A stretch of DNA of 64,000 nucleotides from Rhizobiaceae bacterium. GTDB lineage: Bacteria > Pseudomonadota > Alphaproteobacteria > Rhizobiales > Rhizobiaceae. This document shows, piece after piece, positions 18,441-29,630 of this stretch. A program made the translations under genes and the position numbers. How positions within the stretch are numbered: position 1 is the first letter of the stretch; every line of letters starts with the position of its first letter. The stretch is from positions 52,858 to 116,857 of the forward strand of contig JAHBYV010000012.1 of assembly GCA_019635795.1 (NCBI GenBank), given 5' to 3'. The notes under the pieces are model-generated. The model was given only the letters and a program-made list of their open reading frames with translations. It had not been told where the DNA came from and did not search any database.

Positions 18441-21400
18441 ATCGCACTGCGAAATTGATTTTCCGAGGCGGTTGATGCCGGGGAATTTTCGCTCGACCAG
18501 CGGGCAATGAGACGCGCGCGCTCTGCTTCAGCTTCGGCCAGGTTTCTGCCCTTCACATGCCCATAGCCACGCACCAGAGCCGGTATGGATGCGAGCGCAA
18601 CCGCAGTATCCAACCGCGACGAATTTAGTTCAGCCACAATGCGGTCGAGGTCTGCTTCGTACTGTTTCAGGAAGCGACGCTCCTCCTTACGCTCATTTAG
18701 ATAGCTGAACGGATCAAGCGCGGAGCCCCGCAACCCTCGCAATGCAGAGAGCGCCGCAAACGCTTTCAGCATCCAAGGGCCAAAACTGGATTTAACCGGC
18801 TTGCCACCGGTATCGACCCTTCCAAGAATCGGTGGCGCCAGATGAAACTCCAGCCGTTGGTATGATTCGAACTCTGACGCCAGTTGGTGGCGGAAAGCCT
18901 TGCCGCTATAAAGTCGGGCAACCTCATACTCGTCCTTGATTGCCATAGCCTTGAAAAGATTGCGAGCGACAGCTTCTGACAGCCGACCGTCTCCGCCAGC
19001 AGTGCTTTCCGCCTGCCGAACCCTGGCAACTTTCTCCCGATACCGCGCCGCATAGGCGGCGTCCTGATAGCCAGCAAGAAATTGCGCACGACGTTCAATC
19101 ATTTCATCGAGCGTTTGAGAGAAAGTCTCGCGACGCGTACCTTTCTCAGCAATCAGTTGGCGAACGAATTCCGGATCGTGTGCAGCGCGCCGACCCCACC
19201 GGAATGCCGCAATGTTCATATCAACGGCCTGCCCGTTCAATTCTATCGCCCGCTCAATGGCCTCAACCGATACCGGCAGCCCTCCGCACTGGGCGGCCAT
19301 GCCGAGCAGCATCATATTTGCCCCCACGGCATTTCCGAACAGCACATTTGCCGCCCTTGTCGCATCAAAGAAAATTGCCTTGTCGCCAGCCGCCGCGCGG
19401 ATCGCCCTTTTCAGGCGTTCCGCAGGAAGAGAATAATCGGGGGAGCGGGTGAATTCGCCCGGCATTACTTCGGCTGTGTTGGTGACGAATAATGTATGGC
19501 CTTCACGCACGGCAGCCAGCACTTTACCTGCCCCCGAAACCACCAGATCGCAGCCTAGAATCACATCTGCCTTGCCCGCCGAAACACGAATAGAGCTTAT
19601 CTCGTCTGGTGTGGGCGCGATGCGAACATGACTGAAAACAGCCCCACCCTTTTGCGCTAGGCCCGCCATATCGATCATTCCGCAGCCTTTGCCTTCAAGA
19701 TGAGCTGCCATGCCGAGAATCGCGCCGAGCGTAACCACGCCCGTGCCGCCAACGCCATCGATGATTGATGCCCAGCCTTCCGACCCCATTGAAAACAGCG
19801 TTGCCTCCGGTACGCTTTCAAGCGGATCCATATTCCCCGCCGCGCCGGATGCCTTTCGCAGCTTTGCCCCGTGCACAGTCACGAATGAGGGGCAGAAGCC
19901 CTTGAGGCACGAAAAGTCCTTGTTGCAACTCGACTGGTCTATCCGGCGCTTTCGTCCGAATTCAGTTTCAACCGGCTGGACCGACACGCAATTGGATTGA
20001 ACACTACAATCGCCACAGCCCTCGCAAACGAGTTCATTTATTATCACCCGCTTGTCAGGGTCCGGAAACGTTCCGCGCTTCCTGCGCCGTCGTTTCTCAG
20101 CGGCACAGGTCTGATCATACAGAAGCACCGAAACTCCGGGAACTTCGCGCAACTCCCGCTGCACCAGATCGAGATCATCGCGATGGTGAATCGTAGTTCC
20201 TGCGGGAAAACTGACGGTGTATTTTTCTGGTTCATCCGTGACGACAGCAATGCGCTCAACCCCTTCGGCGCGCACCTGATTGGCAATCTTGTCGACGGTC
20301 AGATTTCCTTCGTGCGGCTGACCACCTGTCATCGCTACGGCGTCGTTGTAGAGTATCTTGTAGGTGATGTTCGCGCCGGAAGCCTTGGCAAATCGCAATG
20401 CCAAAGACCCGGAATGATTGTAGGTCCCATCACCCAGATTCTGGAAAATATGCTTCCGCGTCGAGAATGGTGCTTGCCCCACCCATTGCGCGCCCTCTCC
20501 ACCCATGGCAGTGAAGCCGACCGTTGACCGGTCCATCCACAGCGCCATGAAATGGCAGCCTATCCCCGCCGCAGCGAGAGAGCCTTCGGGCACTTTCGTG
20601 GAACTGTTGTGCGGACAACCCGAACAGAAATACGGCGTTCTTTTTGCCACATCAGCCGTGTCGGCCAGCATCGCCTGAAACTGCTTGATGCGATGGACGC
20701 GCGCTGCCAGCTCTTCACTGGGACCAACGACTCTCAGCACACGCTCACCAATCGCGATTGCTATGTCGTTGGGATCAAGTGCACCCTTCGGGGTGAACAA
20801 CCAATCGCCACGCTCTTCTCGCTTGCCCACCACGACGGGCTGGGTGGCTGTTCCATAGAGGTTTTCGCGCACCTGCGTTTCGATCAGGGCGCGCTTTTCC
20901 TCCACGACGATTACAAGCTGCAAGCCTTCGGCGAAATCTTTCAGATGTTCATGGTCAAGCGGCCAAGGGCACCCAACCTTGAACAGCCGAATGCCAAGTC
21001 GGTTGGCCTTCTCCTCGCCAATCCCCAGATCGTCGAGAGCTTGCCGCACGTCCAGAAAGCTTTTCCCGGATGCTATGATTCCGATTTTTGCGCGGTCCCC
21101 GCCCGAATAGACAATACGGTTCAGCCCGTTCTCGCGGATGAACGCGGCAGCAGCAGCGCGCTTGAACTCATGCAAACGCGCCTCTTGCCCGAGCTGGTCC
21201 AATTCGGGGCGTATGTTCAGACCGCCAGGAGGCATTTCGAACGCCGGAATGCGCACGGCGATGCGGTCCAGCGACGCGTTCACCGAAGCGGTGGATTCAA
21301 TATTGTCCTTCACGCATTTTATCGCTGCCCACGTTCCTGCAAATCGCGAAAGCGCGAACCCCAGCAGCCCGTAATCGATGATCTCCTGAACACCTGCCGG

Positions 21401-21916
21401 GTTCAGAATTGGAATCATTGTATCAACGAAAAGGAACTCGGTTGCATGGGCGTTGGTTGATGACTCGGCTGTGTGATCGTCCCCCATCAGGGCGAGAACG
21501 CCGCCATGTTTCGACGAACCAGCAAGATTGGCATGGCGGAACACGTCGCCGGAACGGTCTACGCCGGGGCCCTTTCCATACCAGACCGAAAACACCCCGT
21601 CATATTTGCCTTCGCCGAGCAGCTCGGCCTGTTGCGCGCCCCAGCACGCTGTTGCCGCCAGTTCCTCGTTCAAGCCGGGCTGAAAAACAATACTGGAATC
21701 AGACAGTTGGCGCTTGGCACGCCACAGTTGTTGATCCAGCCCCCCAAGGGGCGAGCCTCGGTACCCTGAAACAAACCCTGCCGTGTTCAACCCGGCGCGG
21801 CGGTCCAGCTCCTTTTGCATCAGAAGCATCCGCACCACCGCCTGCGCGCCTGACAGGAAAACCTGATCCTTCGCCAGATCGAAACGGTCATCCAGCGAAA
21901 TGTTATGCAATGTCAT
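18437..21916 (-). CDS. Fused indolepyruvate ferredoxin oxidoreductase family protein
   Basis: GYRGSPLG, FCSGCPHN, GDGTYNHSG, CEGCGDC ferredoxin motif and GVGGTGV gamma domain; 1159 aa. Confidence 0.93.
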   Translation of the reverse strand: MTLHNISLDDRFDLAKDQVFLSGAQAVVRMLLMQKELDRRAGLNTAGFVSGYRGSPLGGLDQQLWRAKRQLSDSSIVFQPGLNEELAATACWGAQQAELLGEGKYDGVFSVWYGKGPGVDRSGDVFRHANLAGSSKHGGVLALMGDDHTAESSTNAHATEFLFVDTMIPILNPAGVQEIIDYGLLGFALSRFAGTWAAIKCVKDNIESTASVNASLDRIAVRIPAFEMPPGGLNIRPELDQLGQEARLHEFKRAAAAAFIRENGLNRIVYSGGDRAKIGIIASGKSFLDVRQALDDLGIGEEKANRLGIRLFKVGCPWPLDHEHLKDFAEGLQLVIVVEEKRALIETQVRENLYGTATQPVVVGKREERGDWLFTPKGALDPNDIAIAIGERVLRVVGPSEELAARVHRIKQFQAMLADTADVAKRTPYFCSGCPHNSSTKVPEGSLAAAGIGCHFMALWMDRSTVGFTAMGGEGAQWVGQAPFSTRKHIFQNLGDGTYNHSGSLALRFAKASGANITYKILYNDAVAMTGGQPHEGNLTVDKIANQVRAEGVERIAVVTDEPEKYTVSFPAGTTIHHRDDLDLVQRELREVPGVSVLLYDQTCAAEKRRRRKRGTFPDPDKRVIINELVCEGCGDCSVQSNCVSVQPVETEFGRKRRIDQSSCNKDFSCLKGFCPSFVTVHGAKLRKASGAAGNMDPLESVPEATLFSMGSEGWASIIDGVGGTGVVTLGAILGMAAHLEGKGCGMIDMAGLAQKGGAVFSHVRIAPTPDEISSIRVSAGKADVILGCDLVVSGAGKVLAAVREGHTLFVTNTAEVMPGEFTRSPDYSLPAERLKRAIRAAAGDKAIFFDATRAANVLFGNAVGANMMLLGMAAQCGGLPVSVEAIERAIELNGQAVDMNIAAFRWGRRAAHDPEFVRQLIAEKGTRRETFSQTLDEMIERRAQFLAGYQDAAYAARYREKVARVRQAESTAGGDGRLSEAVARNLFKAMAIKDEYEVARLYSGKAFRHQLASEFESYQRLEFHLAPPILGRVDTGGKPVKSSFGPWMLKAFAALSALRGLRGSALDPFSYLNERKEERRFLKQYEADLDRIVAELNSSRLDTAVALASIPALVRGYGHVKGRNLAEAEAERARLIARWSSENSPASTASENQFRSAI

Positions 21917-22021
21917 CGGTCAGGATCCTCTGCGGAGGCTCACCCTGAGTGGCCAACGTGGAGTCATGTGTTCGACCCAGTTTTCACGGCGGCGTAAGAA
22001 GGTCAAACAAATTCGGTTGTA

Positions 22022-22537
22022 TCACATCGAGGGACAACCTTCACGCGCAGCCTTGGCCAGATCTTCCGCGCTTCGGTTCTTCATTTCAGGATTTCGCGTG
22101 TAAAATGGCCCAACGACAAGTGGCTTGTCTGGGAATCGCGTCTGATCCTGTGAGGAAACCACGCTCGTTTCGAGGTTCTGAATGACCTCGCCATCGCCAT
22201 TCACAATTTGTATTTCGACCCTGTAGGGCCGGTCTTTGACGATGCAGCGCAAGGGCGGGGTGGTGAATGTTGTCTTGGGTGAAGTTGCCCAAATCTTCTC
22301 GCGAAGCTCTATTGGCGCTCCGCCTGACGGATCTTCGAAACGCGCGATAGCGGTTTCGCCAGCCGAAGGTGTCCGCAAATGTTTGAGGTTCACAAGGAAG
22401 CGGGCTGTCGCAACCCTGTAATTGAACACGACCAGCCTTCCGTCCAGCGCATAATTATCCGCTGGTCCGCTGTCCCTGCACCCTGCCAAAGCTGCAATCG
22501 CCGCGACGGCAACGGCAGATATCCTAATATGCCGCAT
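22022..22537 (-). CDS. Putative lipoprotein of unknown function
   Basis: Start MRHIRI at 22537 (or ATG 22546); lipobox LAGC. The longer ORF call overlaps the upstream gene. Confidence 0.75.
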   Translation of the reverse strand: MRHIRISAVAVAAIAALAGCRDSGPADNYALDGRLVVFNYRVATARFLVNLKHLRTPSAGETAIARFEDPSGGAPIELREKIWATSPKTTFTTPPLRCIVKDRPYRVEIQIVNGDGEVIQNLETSVVSSQDQTRFPDKPLVVGPFYTRNPEMKNRSAEDLAKAAREGCPSM

Positions 22538-23120
22538 CGCTTTCATCCTTCGATCTGGATTGGGATTTCTTATAGTGACGCGCCGCCTTCCGCCTGTTGC
22601 CGCACACGGACATGTCGCACCAGATTCGACTGGCATTCTTGCTTCTATCCAGAAAAAGCCATCTGCAATTGGCGCAAATTCGTAGTCGCGCAAGGCGTTC
22701 GGGCCGCAAAAGACCAAGGGCCGACATAGCCACCGCCGATTCCAGTGGAACGGCTCCACGCTGTGACGCACCGTTGAGTGAGAGCGGCCCTGCTCGCGAA
22801 ACCGCCTCGGAACAGACATTAAGCAGCACCGAAAGCCGGGCTGGCTCTAACTGACCGCATTCAACGGAGTGCCGAAAGAGCCTGTCTGTTGCCTCACGCA
22901 GCGGGATAATCTGCCGACTTTCAGGCTGGGCCAGCAATACTGAACCCTCCAGCTCTTCCTTGCGCATAAAGCTTGCCACTTCAGCAAACCGCGGAATTTC
23001 CTGCGGGTCAGCAAAGCGATCAAAGCTCCTGTCCGGATCGCCTCGCAACACAACTGTATTTGCCACATCAAGGGCTAGCACGCCGCCCGCAAATCGATGC
23101 TCGGTCCATTCGACATTCAT
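22524..23120 (-). CDS. ABATE/CGNR zinc-finger domain protein (putative regulator)
   Basis: LALDVANT N-terminus; C-x2-C...FLDRSKN..R.WCDMSVCGNRRK. Confidence 0.92.
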   Translation of the reverse strand: MNVEWTEHRFAGGVLALDVANTVVLRGDPDRSFDRFADPQEIPRFAEVASFMRKEELEGSVLLAQPESRQIIPLREATDRLFRHSVECGQLEPARLSVLLNVCSEAVSRAGPLSLNGASQRGAVPLESAVAMSALGLLRPERLARLRICANCRWLFLDRSKNASRIWCDMSVCGNRRKAARHYKKSQSRSKDESDAAY

Positions 23121-23127
23121 AACTCAT

Positions 23128-23161
23128 TTCTAACTACCAAAATTATTTTTGCAAGTTAGAA
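23128..23161. promoter_or_regulatory. 34-bp imperfect palindrome in the divergent CGNR/permease promoter
   Basis: TTCTAACT-AC-CAAAA-TTAT-TTTTG-CA-AGTTAGAA; 13 of 15 arm positions pair. Confidence 0.65.
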
Positions 23162-23185
23162 TACCGTTCAGCGGATCAGTCACCG

Positions 23186-24085
23186 ATGCTCTATTTCACT
23201 CAACAAATTCTCCTTGGCATACATGTGGGCGCCATCTACGCGCTTCTCGCTTTTGGGTATGTCGTTCTCAACGCACTGTTGCGCAGAACAAATCTGACGC
23301 ACGGAGCGCTGTTTGCATTCTGCGGCCATACAATGATCCTTGCAGCCCTGTTCGGCTGGAACGTACTTTGGCTGACCTGGCCCGCTGCAACCGCTTTCGG
23401 CACGGCAATAGCCCTGGCCTATGCTTTGTTGTTAGGCCATTTCCTTTCGCGCCACGTTTTCGAACCGCTTCGCACCGCCGCACCCAACACAATCGTTGCC
23501 GCAACGCTCGGTGTCGCATTGGCGCTGATGGAGCTGTCCCGGATTGCAGCCAACACGCGCGACTATTGGTTGCCCCCAATGCTGTCGCAACCAATCGTTT
23601 TCGCCGCAAGCGACGCTTTCGCAGTGACATTGACGATCAACCAACTTGTCGGCATCGCTGTATCAGTTGTGCTGATAGGTGGTGGCTGGGTTCTGCTTTT
23701 CCGTACCGCTTTCGGCAGGAACTGGCAGGCGGTGGCAAACGAGCCGCTGGCCGCCTCATTATGCGGCGTCAATCCTGCACGGATATATGCCGCAGCATCA
23801 GTCCTTGCAGCGATTTACGCTGCGAGCGCGGGCGTACTGGCCGCAACCTATTACGGAAACATCAGCTTTGGCACGGGTTTGGCTTACGGGCTGAAAATTC
23901 TGTTCGTCACCGCAGCCGGAAGCTACGTCTCGCCGTTGGCTGCCGCGTTGGGCGCAATGGCTTACGGCTTGGGCGAAACGGTCTGGACAGGATACTTCCC
24001 CGCAGAATGGCGGGATGCATGGATGCTCGCGTTTCTCACGACTTTCTTGGTCCTCCGACATTCGGGAAACGAGGAACAGGCATGA
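23186..24085 (+). CDS. LivH-like branched-chain amino acid ABC permease (orphan)
   Basis: GAIYALLAFGY...NLTHG, FGRNWQAVA, multiple TM helices. Confidence 0.85.
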   Translation: MLYFTQQILLGIHVGAIYALLAFGYVVLNALLRRTNLTHGALFAFCGHTMILAALFGWNVLWLTWPAATAFGTAIALAYALLLGHFLSRHVFEPLRTAAPNTIVAATLGVALALMELSRIAANTRDYWLPPMLSQPIVFAASDAFAVTLTINQLVGIAVSVVLIGGGWVLLFRTAFGRNWQAVANEPLAASLCGVNPARIYAAASVLAAIYAASAGVLAATYYGNISFGTGLAYGLKILFVTAAGSYVSPLAAALGAMAYGLGETVWTGYFPAEWRDAWMLAFLTTFLVLRHSGNEEQA

Positions 24086-24118
24086 AAAAAGCCCGGAAGC
24101 GTGTGCTTCCGGGCTTGT
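24085..24118. terminator. Bidirectional intrinsic terminator between convergent genes
   Basis: AAAAAAGCCCGGAAGC-GTGT-GCTTCCGGGCTTGT; 12-bp stem with a U6 tract on the minus strand. Confidence 0.85.
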
Positions 24119-24139
24119 TCATCACAAAGCGTTGGCAGC

Positions 24140-25396
<1,257 letters not shown>

Positions 25397-25496
25397 CTAG
25401 ACCAATGTCTAATTCGGTTTCGGGAAGAGATAGAAAAACGTCGCAAATTCGCCTATTTAATGGGCAATTCAAAAGCGTGTCCGACAGGAAAGACCC

Positions 25497-26273
25497 GTGA
25501 TGCACCAGCCGCTCGTTGCCGTTTCGACAGATGTTCGCCAGTTTGAGAACTACACCTGGCACGCGGCCCCTCGCCAGTACATTGAGGCGGCGATTGCAGG
25601 TGCCAACGTGTTCCCCCTGCTTGTTCCATCCTTCGGAGATCGGCTGGACATGGACACTCTCCTGGCGTCCGTGGACGGTGTTATGATCACTGGCTCGAAG
25701 TCGAATGTTCACCCTTCGCTTTATGGCGGCACGGCAAGCGAGGAAAATGGACCTTACGACCCCGATCGCGACGCAACGACATTGCCGCTCATAAGAATAG
25801 CGATCGAACGTGGGGTTCCCCTTCTCGCCATTTGCCGCGGCATTCAGGAGCTTAACGTTGCTCTGGGTGGAACGCTTGCCACCGAGATTCAGGAACGCTC
25901 TGGAACGATGGACCACCGCGCACCCACCAGCGATAATCAGGATGAGCGCTTTGCAATAAGGCAGCCGGTCACGATCAAGCCAGGTTCATGTCTGGCAGGC
26001 GTATTTGGAGCAGGCGATATTCAGGTTAACTCCGTGCATCGGCAGGCCGTGGACAGGCTCGGTGCGAATTTGCAGGTCGAAGCGGTGGCGCCTGATGGAA
26101 CCGTGGAAGCCGTGTCCGTACGCAACGCCCCTGCCTTTGCAGTGGGCGTTCAGTGGCACCCGGAGTACTGGGTTCACAATGACAGCGCCTCAGCGAAAAT
26201 TTTTGCCGCCTTTGGCGCGGCGGTTCGCCAGCATGAGGCAGAACGAACCGGCATCAAAGCCGCTGCGGAATAG
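25497..26273 (+). CDS. Gamma-glutamyl-gamma-aminobutyrate hydrolase family (peptidase C26, class I glutamine amidotransferase)
   Basis: LAICRGIQE nucleophile, VNSVHRQAV, GVQWHPE His-Glu. Confidence 0.92.
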   Translation: MMHQPLVAVSTDVRQFENYTWHAAPRQYIEAAIAGANVFPLLVPSFGDRLDMDTLLASVDGVMITGSKSNVHPSLYGGTASEENGPYDPDRDATTLPLIRIAIERGVPLLAICRGIQELNVALGGTLATEIQERSGTMDHRAPTSDNQDERFAIRQPVTIKPGSCLAGVFGAGDIQVNSVHRQAVDRLGANLQVEAVAPDGTVEAVSVRNAPAFAVGVQWHPEYWVHNDSASAKIFAAFGAAVRQHEAERTGIKAAAE

Positions 26274-26876
26274 CTACATAATCCGCCTGACCATCTGACG
26301 TATTTCGTCCTGCTCGTGGTCATGGCGGATTTCAATGTAATGCACCCCGGCCTTACGCAGCGCTTCCTTTTTCACTGCGTCCCTGGCTGCCGCCATGTCC
26401 TGGTAATGTCCATGCCCCTGATACTCGAAAACAGCGAACGGTTCTCCGTTGGGCTGAACGACCAGAATATCAACGCGCTTGCTATTGATCGAGGCGAACG
26501 CAGATTTGTTATCTGAAGAAATCACCTCTCCGAGCGCCGTTTGCGAAAACACCCGGTGTCCTCGCTTTCGCCCAGAGACCTCCTCCTCCACGATTTTGAA
26601 GATCTTGTACTCCGACTTGTTCATGACGGGCTTCTTATGGAAGGACGCAGCCATGACATGCCGCAACTGGTTTGCCGCATCCCCAATCCCGCTCCCGGTT
26701 GCGGGGGTGAAGGGCGATACAACGTTGGTGTACCTGAAATTGTAGTATGGCTTTTTGCGCCGCGGTCGCCAAAATACGGAAAGCGTCTGGTATATTAACG
26801 CGCCAACAGTCAGGCTGCTGACTATAACGAGCCAACCCTGAAGGCTTGCATCCTGCCCTAACTGAAGCATTTCCAC
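26274..26876 (-). CDS. DUF2726-like protein with one N-terminal TM helix
   Basis: KRVDILV...AVFEYQG..H...RDAVKKEALRKAGV pattern; probable start GTG 26876 or ATG 26870. Confidence 0.7.
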   Translation of the reverse strand: MEMLQLGQDASLQGWLVIVSSLTVGALIYQTLSVFWRPRRKKPYYNFRYTNVVSPFTPATGSGIGDAANQLRHVMAASFHKKPVMNKSEYKIFKIVEEEVSGRKRGHRVFSQTALGEVISSDNKSAFASINSKRVDILVVQPNGEPFAVFEYQGHGHYQDMAAARDAVKKEALRKAGVHYIEIRHDHEQDEIRQMVRRIM

Positions 26877-26964
26877 GAATTGCGCCCCGGCTCTAGCCAA
26901 AGACAGCAAATTAAAGGCTGCTAATTTCGGTTTCCTTGAACAGGCATCTAAAGTTTTAGGCGTC

Positions 26965-27393
26965 CTACTCGGCCCACATAGAAAGTTTCGCGGTGCTTGG
27001 CTGGTAGGATTCAAAATCCGCGCCATCGCCGGCATAGAACTCGACCAACGGAGCATTATCCCCATCGACAAAGGCAATCGAGCCGTCCGCCCGCTCTCGC
27101 CAGAACCGGGCTGTGGTCAAGCCTTTCGATATGCTCTCGCAGGCCGGATTCACCTTTAATTCCGCATAGCCGGGCGAAAGCGTACGCCCCTTGACGATCA
27201 TGCACGACCCTGTGGAGTTGGCCGACGACAGGGTAAAAACCTGAAGCTGGGAGCGCACAACGGGTTGAGGCTTCTCTATGCTGGCCGTAATCAAACTTGC
27301 GTCCGGCGGCGTTTTGATTTGCAAGGCATTCGTCGCCGCCCAAGCAGCGCCCATAGCTCCCGCAATCAACGCCGCGACGAACAGGCTACGCAT
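26965..27393 (-). CDS. Secreted small protein, possibly protease inhibitor Inh/Omp19-like
   Basis: Signal peptide; two Cys, W-R-E-x-x-D-G-S-I-A-F and EF..GDG..FES beta-barrel-like pattern. Confidence 0.55.
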   Translation of the reverse strand: MRSLFVAALIAGAMGAAWAATNALQIKTPPDASLITASIEKPQPVVRSQLQVFTLSSANSTGSCMIVKGRTLSPGYAELKVNPACESISKGLTTARFWRERADGSIAFVDGDNAPLVEFYAGDGADFESYQPSTAKLSMWAE

Positions 27394-27469
27394 AGAAAAC
27401 TCCGTGTTTCCGTCCTCCCAAACGGACCTGTCTTATGGTTGCGGTAGTGTTGACGAAGTGTAAATCTGC

Positions 27470-28450
27470 TTACGATTTTATGTGATTTGTTTCAGGCACC
27501 GGTGTGATTGCACGGCCTTTGGAAAACCACTCTATCAGATTATCCACCACGAGATCAGCCATCGCGTCGCGCGTGTGAACGGACGCGGAGCCGACATGCG
27601 GCAGTAAGGTGACGTTTGGCAGATCAAGGAAGGATTGCGGCACATGTGGTTCGTTTGCGAAAACATCCAGCCCCGCGGCCAGAATGATGCGATCCTTCAA
27701 GGCCGAAGCTAGAGCGATCTCATCCACAGTACTTCCACGCCCGACATTGATGAAAACACCATTTGGACCAAGCGCCTTCAGCACAGCGGAGTTGACTGCC
27801 TTTTCGGTTTCCTTCGTGCCGGGAGCCACCGAAATCAGCACATCCACCGCACTTGCCAAACCTTCGAGACTGGAATGGTACTCATAACCCAGACCGTCAA
27901 TCTTCCGGCGATTGTGATAGGACACTGCGAGACCAAAAGCTTCCAGACGCCGAGCCACCGCCTGCCCGATACGCCCCATACCAAATATGCCGACTTTCCG
28001 TCCGCGAAGCGAAGCAGTCAAAGGATAAGCACCATCACGCACCCACCTGCCCTCGCGCAGATATGCCTCGGCCTTTGAAAGCTCGCGAACGGTATTTATC
28101 AGAAGGCCAATGGTTGTATCGGCGACCTCTTCGGTCAGAACATCCGGCGTGTTCGTAACCATGACATTGCGTTTGCCTGCATGAATTGCATCAACGCCAT
28201 CATAGCCGACTCCAAAATTGGAGATAATCTCTAGCCGGGGTAAAGCATCAATCAGTTGCGCGCCTACAAATGCGCCGCCCAGCGCTGGCGAAACTGCGAT
28301 TCCGCGAACACGGCCAATCAGTTCCTCGCTCAACGACGCAGGGCCGAAGGAATCAATCTGTACCAGATCGAATGTTTCCTTGATGCGACGTAGAGACCGG
28401 GGATGCAGCTTTCCAGGCACCAACACGGTGATTGATTTCAAACCAGCCAT
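27470..28450 (-). CDS. D-isomer-specific 2-hydroxyacid dehydrogenase
   Basis: FGVGYD, NTPDVLTEEVAD, GMGRIG, NVGRG, GLDVFANEP, LPHVGS. Confidence 0.93.
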   Translation of the reverse strand: MAGLKSITVLVPGKLHPRSLRRIKETFDLVQIDSFGPASLSEELIGRVRGIAVSPALGGAFVGAQLIDALPRLEIISNFGVGYDGVDAIHAGKRNVMVTNTPDVLTEEVADTTIGLLINTVRELSKAEAYLREGRWVRDGAYPLTASLRGRKVGIFGMGRIGQAVARRLEAFGLAVSYHNRRKIDGLGYEYHSSLEGLASAVDVLISVAPGTKETEKAVNSAVLKALGPNGVFINVGRGSTVDEIALASALKDRIILAAGLDVFANEPHVPQSFLDLPNVTLLPHVGSASVHTRDAMADLVVDNLIEWFSKGRAITPVPETNHIKS

Positions 28451-28462
28451 GAAGCTCCTCCG

Positions 28463-29485
28463 TCAGCTGCGTTCAATGGGCCTGCCTGTCGATTGGCGCA
28501 CATGCAACTCGGGACGAATCAGCTCCTGCCACGGTTTGACGGTTCCACCCGAAAGCTTGTCCAGCAAGGCACGCGCGGCCTGCCGACCGACTTCACGCTG
28601 ACCGTTCCATACAGTCGTCAATGCAGGTGTCGCGATGGAAGCCTCTTCAAGATCATCGTAGCCGGTTACCGAAACGTCTATGCCGGGCACCAACCCTGCA
28701 CGCGCAATTCCGTTCATCAGCCCGATTGCCACAAGGTCGTTCCAGCAACATGCCGCGGTCGGCTTGTCCTTCAACGCAAGAAACTGGCTTGCAGCCTCAA
28801 AACCTGCCTGCTTGGTGCGCGGTCCCGGAATGCGCCAGGCAGGATCTACGGGCAGACCGGCTTTCTCCATGGCGGCAAGGTAACCATGGTAGCGGTCGCG
28901 ACCAGTGGAAGTTTGATCTGTACCGCCAACCATCGCGATCCGCTTATGACCAAGCGAGATAAGGTGATTTGTCGCGAGCGCCGTTCCATAGGCATCGTCG
29001 CCGCGGAAAACAGGCACATCCGCACCTTCCACCGTTCTGGCGATCAATACTGCAGGCAGCCCATTTTCTTCTGCAACAATAATATCTTCCGGCGGCGTTC
29101 CAATGGCTGGCGACATGATTACGCCATCCGCCCCTAGTTGCAGCAACGTATCTATGAACGTGCGCTGCTTTTCCAGCTGGTCATAATGGTTGGAAAGGAT
29201 GAAGGTCTGGCGGCTGCGATCCAGCTCGCTTTCGATTGCTTTCAAAATCTCGGCAAAGAACGGGTTCATGATGTCATGAACAACCACGCCGACAATTCCT
29301 GACCGGGAGGTGCGAAGGCTGGCAGCCCTGCGATTGTAAATATAACCTATAGCACGAGCGTGTTCCTTGATCCGCTCTCTCGTTTGTTCTGCCACCAGAG
29401 GGCTATCGCGAAGGGCCAGCGAAACGGTCGCAGTCGATACGTTCAGCGCATCCGCAATTGTCGATAGCTTGATTTTCTGTGCCAG
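28463..29485 (-). CDS. LacI family transcriptional regulator (probable CTG start at 29485)
   Basis: HTH KLSTIADALNVSTATVSLAL; GGGAGG RBS 5 nt before the CTG. Confidence 0.9.
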   Translation of the reverse strand: MAQKIKLSTIADALNVSTATVSLALRDSPLVAEQTRERIKEHARAIGYIYNRRAASLRTSRSGIVGVVVHDIMNPFFAEILKAIESELDRSRQTFILSNHYDQLEKQRTFIDTLLQLGADGVIMSPAIGTPPEDIIVAEENGLPAVLIARTVEGADVPVFRGDDAYGTALATNHLISLGHKRIAMVGGTDQTSTGRDRYHGYLAAMEKAGLPVDPAWRIPGPRTKQAGFEAASQFLALKDKPTAACCWNDLVAIGLMNGIARAGLVPGIDVSVTGYDDLEEASIATPALTTVWNGQREVGRQAARALLDKLSGGTVKPWQELIRPELHVRQSTGRPIERS

Positions 29486-29520
29486 CTTCGCCTCCCTGAA
29501 GCCGCCAACCAATCTGGCGC

Positions 29521-29563
29521 CTAAACTGTTTAAATTATTTAGCGCCCGTTTAGACTAATCGAT
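29521..29563. promoter_or_regulatory. Two LacI-type operator-like palindromes
   Basis: TAAAC-T-GTTTA (29522-29532) and AATCGATT within CTAATCGATTCG, just upstream of the LacI gene. Confidence 0.45.
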
Positions 29564-29630
29564 TCGACAAAGCAAAATGTTTTTGCCGCAACAACGCAGC
29601 AACTAAAATTCAACATCATGGCTCCGACAA

